Shown here in pieces: positions 63,101 to 64,000 of a stretch of 64,000 nucleotides of DNA; position 1 is the first letter of the stretch, and the number at the start of each line of letters is the position of its first letter. The stretch covers positions 1-64,000 of the forward strand of contig CBDCCZ010000009.1 of NCBI GenBank assembly GCA_965215005.1, written 5' to 3'. The position numbers and the translations under genes were made by a program. Source of the stretch: Kofleriaceae bacterium (GTDB lineage Bacteria; Myxococcota_A; Polyangia; Haliangiales; Haliangiaceae). Under the pieces are notes generated by a model. The model did no database searches. It worked only from the letters and a program-made list of their open reading frames with translations, and was not told the DNA's origin.

Positions 63101-63731
63101 GGCTCTGTGGATCGAACAGCCGCATCGATTCGATCTCATCGCCAAACAGCTCGATGCGAACCGGATAGGGGTAAAGCGGACAGAACACGTCGACGACGCC
63201 GCCGCGGACCGCGAAGGTTCCCGGATCTTCGACGATCGACATGCGGGCGTAGCCGGCGCGGGTGAGGCGCTCCGCGGTGGCTTCGCGGTTGATGTCGGCG
63301 TGGACGGTGAGCTCGATAGAGAGCTCGAGCAGCTCGGCGGGCGCGATGACCCGACGCACCAGCGAGGTCGCGCTCACCACCGCTATGGGCGGCCGCAGCA
63401 CCCCGCCGCGCGCGAGACGGTAGAGCGCCGCCATGCGCCCGGCCAGCGCTGCGCGGTCGGGGCTCAGCTCGGCGTAGGGAGAGGTGTCGACGCCCGGAAT
63501 TCGCAGCGCCGTAGCGGGCGCGGCGGGATCGATTGCTTCGGGCGAGGGCGCAAAGAAGCGCGCATCGGCTGCCATTTGCCGCGCGCTGGCTTCATCGGGG
63601 GTGACGATGACGACTGGTCCGTGCGGCAACAGCTGGGTGGCGACATAGGCGAGAAACGCCGGTGTAGTGCCGTAGGCGACGGTGGCTTTGCGGGCGAGGG
63701 CGGTGGTGAGCTGCGCAAGGGTGGCTGACAT
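60189..63731 (-). CDS. mfd: Transcription-repair coupling factor
   Basis: [54 protein letters not shown]-terminus. Confidence 0.97.
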   Translation of the reverse strand: MSATLAQLTTALARKATVAYGTTPAFLAYVATQLLPHGPVVIVTPDEASARQMAADARFFAPSPEAIDPAAPATALRIPGVDTSPYAELSPDRAALAGRMAALYRLARGGVLRPPIAVVSATSLVRRVIAPAELLELSIELTVHADINREATAERLTRAGYARMSIVEDPGTFAVRGGVVDVFCPLYPYPVRIELFGDEIESMRLFDPQSQRTLRAIERLHLHPVRETVLTRGADVRAKILAAADAATMPSKQTRRVLEQLDTGEEFVGIETLTPVFHARMTPLWQLLGDTAQWLVLDPDGVIAAATDELDIAASRYQDRLADGRLALAPSEHYVALEELASALSAPRRRVLARTVEMLGADEDAAVLRFAIDGNRGLRSALERARKQSADELLQPLTASLGAWRKGDWRIAIPCDSAARADRLAGLLSEYDVFVERASQPIALDALSPGVPTLLRGSLSEGFSYAAEGLAIVTDDEIFGARRQTSVRQRAAAKRARDALLGGVADFSQLAVGDFLVHHVHGVGQYQGLKKLPLRGAPMDFLQLEYSGGTLYLPVYRLSEVQRYVGAEGHSPRLDKLGGLTWDKARRKVSVQVRALAEELLQLYAQRAALPGHAFPAGDAMFGEFEALFEFEETPDQQKAIDAVIDDMESPRPMDRLVCGDVGYGKTEVALRAALKAVLGGKQVAMLAPTTVLVEQHFQTMKRRYAGWPVQVERLSRFQSRASQLAAIKGLAAGTVDIVVGTHRLLSKDVRFKELGLLIIDEEQRFGVTQKERLKKLRTQLDVLTLTATPIPRTLHLAMAGLRDLSIIATPPADRRSIRTFVSRVDDGVLREALRRELGRGGQCFFVSPRIGDGKSREPTLEDWATHLRALVPEARVVVAHGQMSAEALETIMVGFVNGEHDVLVSTTIIESGLDIARANTMFIARADTFGVSQLYQLRGRIGRSKERAFCYLLVPPPEQLTEEARRRLEALQRYTELGAGFQIASHDLEIRGAGELLGAKQSGSIAAVGFETYTAMLEEAVAELRGEEIHKATDPELNVDAAGFIPDDYVPDTGQRLDLYKRLSGAEDEDEVRLLLDELLDRYGPLPLEVVQLGDLMVLKTYARVLRAVSVDLTATRMTLALAETTPLSPTVLAELVKRSGKQFRLTADGRLACQLPSTEQGPAHAARSCLLELIGCAT

Positions 63732-63790
63732 GGCGGATGGTGAAGCGGACAGGTGTGGCAGTGGTTTGGGTCGCGTAGACTTTTAGCCCG

Positions 63791-64000
63791 ATGCGAGGCT
63801 TCGACAAGGCACAGGCGGCGCTCGTTATCGTGGCGGCACTGGTGTTAGCGCCGAGCCGCAGTCCGCGCGCCGAGTCGAAGGCGGAGCTGCCGGCGCGTCT
63901 GGAAGCGCTCACGGCCAAGGTCGCGGCACTGCGCGGCTTGCCGGTGCGTCATCCCATCGCGCATGAGGTAATAGCCCCCGAAGCGCTGCGTGAGCGCCTT
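63791..64000 (+). CDS. Exported hypothetical protein, truncated by the window end
   Basis: Open frame MRGFDKAQAALVIVAALVLAPS...VAALRGL...; signal-peptide-like start, divergent from mfd. Confidence 0.55.
   Translation, partial: MRGFDKAQAALVIVAALVLAPSRSPRAESKAELPARLEALTAKVAALRGLPVRHPIAHEVIAPEALRERL

Overview
GC-rich bacterial chromosomal segment. Gene content suggests Myxococcota, which is an inference from the Oar-like TonB-dependent transporter, the kinase/His-kinase hybrid, the ECF-caspase cassette and the many lipoproteins. The housekeeping backbone is uvrD/pcrA, an HtrA protease, citrate synthase, a MoxR-DUF58-Bat (VWA/TPR) operon, an aminotransferase, rsmD-coaD, surA/ppiC and mfd. There are two TonB-ExbB-ExbD-TBDT clusters. 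An accessory signalling block at about 22.9-42.8 kb holds the most interesting signals. (1) A bipartite motif CGTGCG-N16-CGGTYCYAA recurs four times with identical spacing, upstream of a tonB-TBDT-exbBD operon, an ECF sigma gene and two of three tandem paralogous lipoprotein genes, outlining a candidate ECF regulon. (2) The ECF is followed by a zinc-binding anti-sigma and an exported caspase-family protease, and both carry a T-R-x-K-G motif in linker positions, suggesting caspase-gated sigma activation. (3) An S8 protease carries five synonymously diverged G-x-G-I-G-T-S-P motifs, one at the predicted pro-domain junction, suggesting a self-processing polyprotein. Several apparent +1 frameshifts probably reflect assembly errors. 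I found no supportable rRNA, tRNA, CRISPR array or transposase. All product calls come from motif recognition, not database searches.
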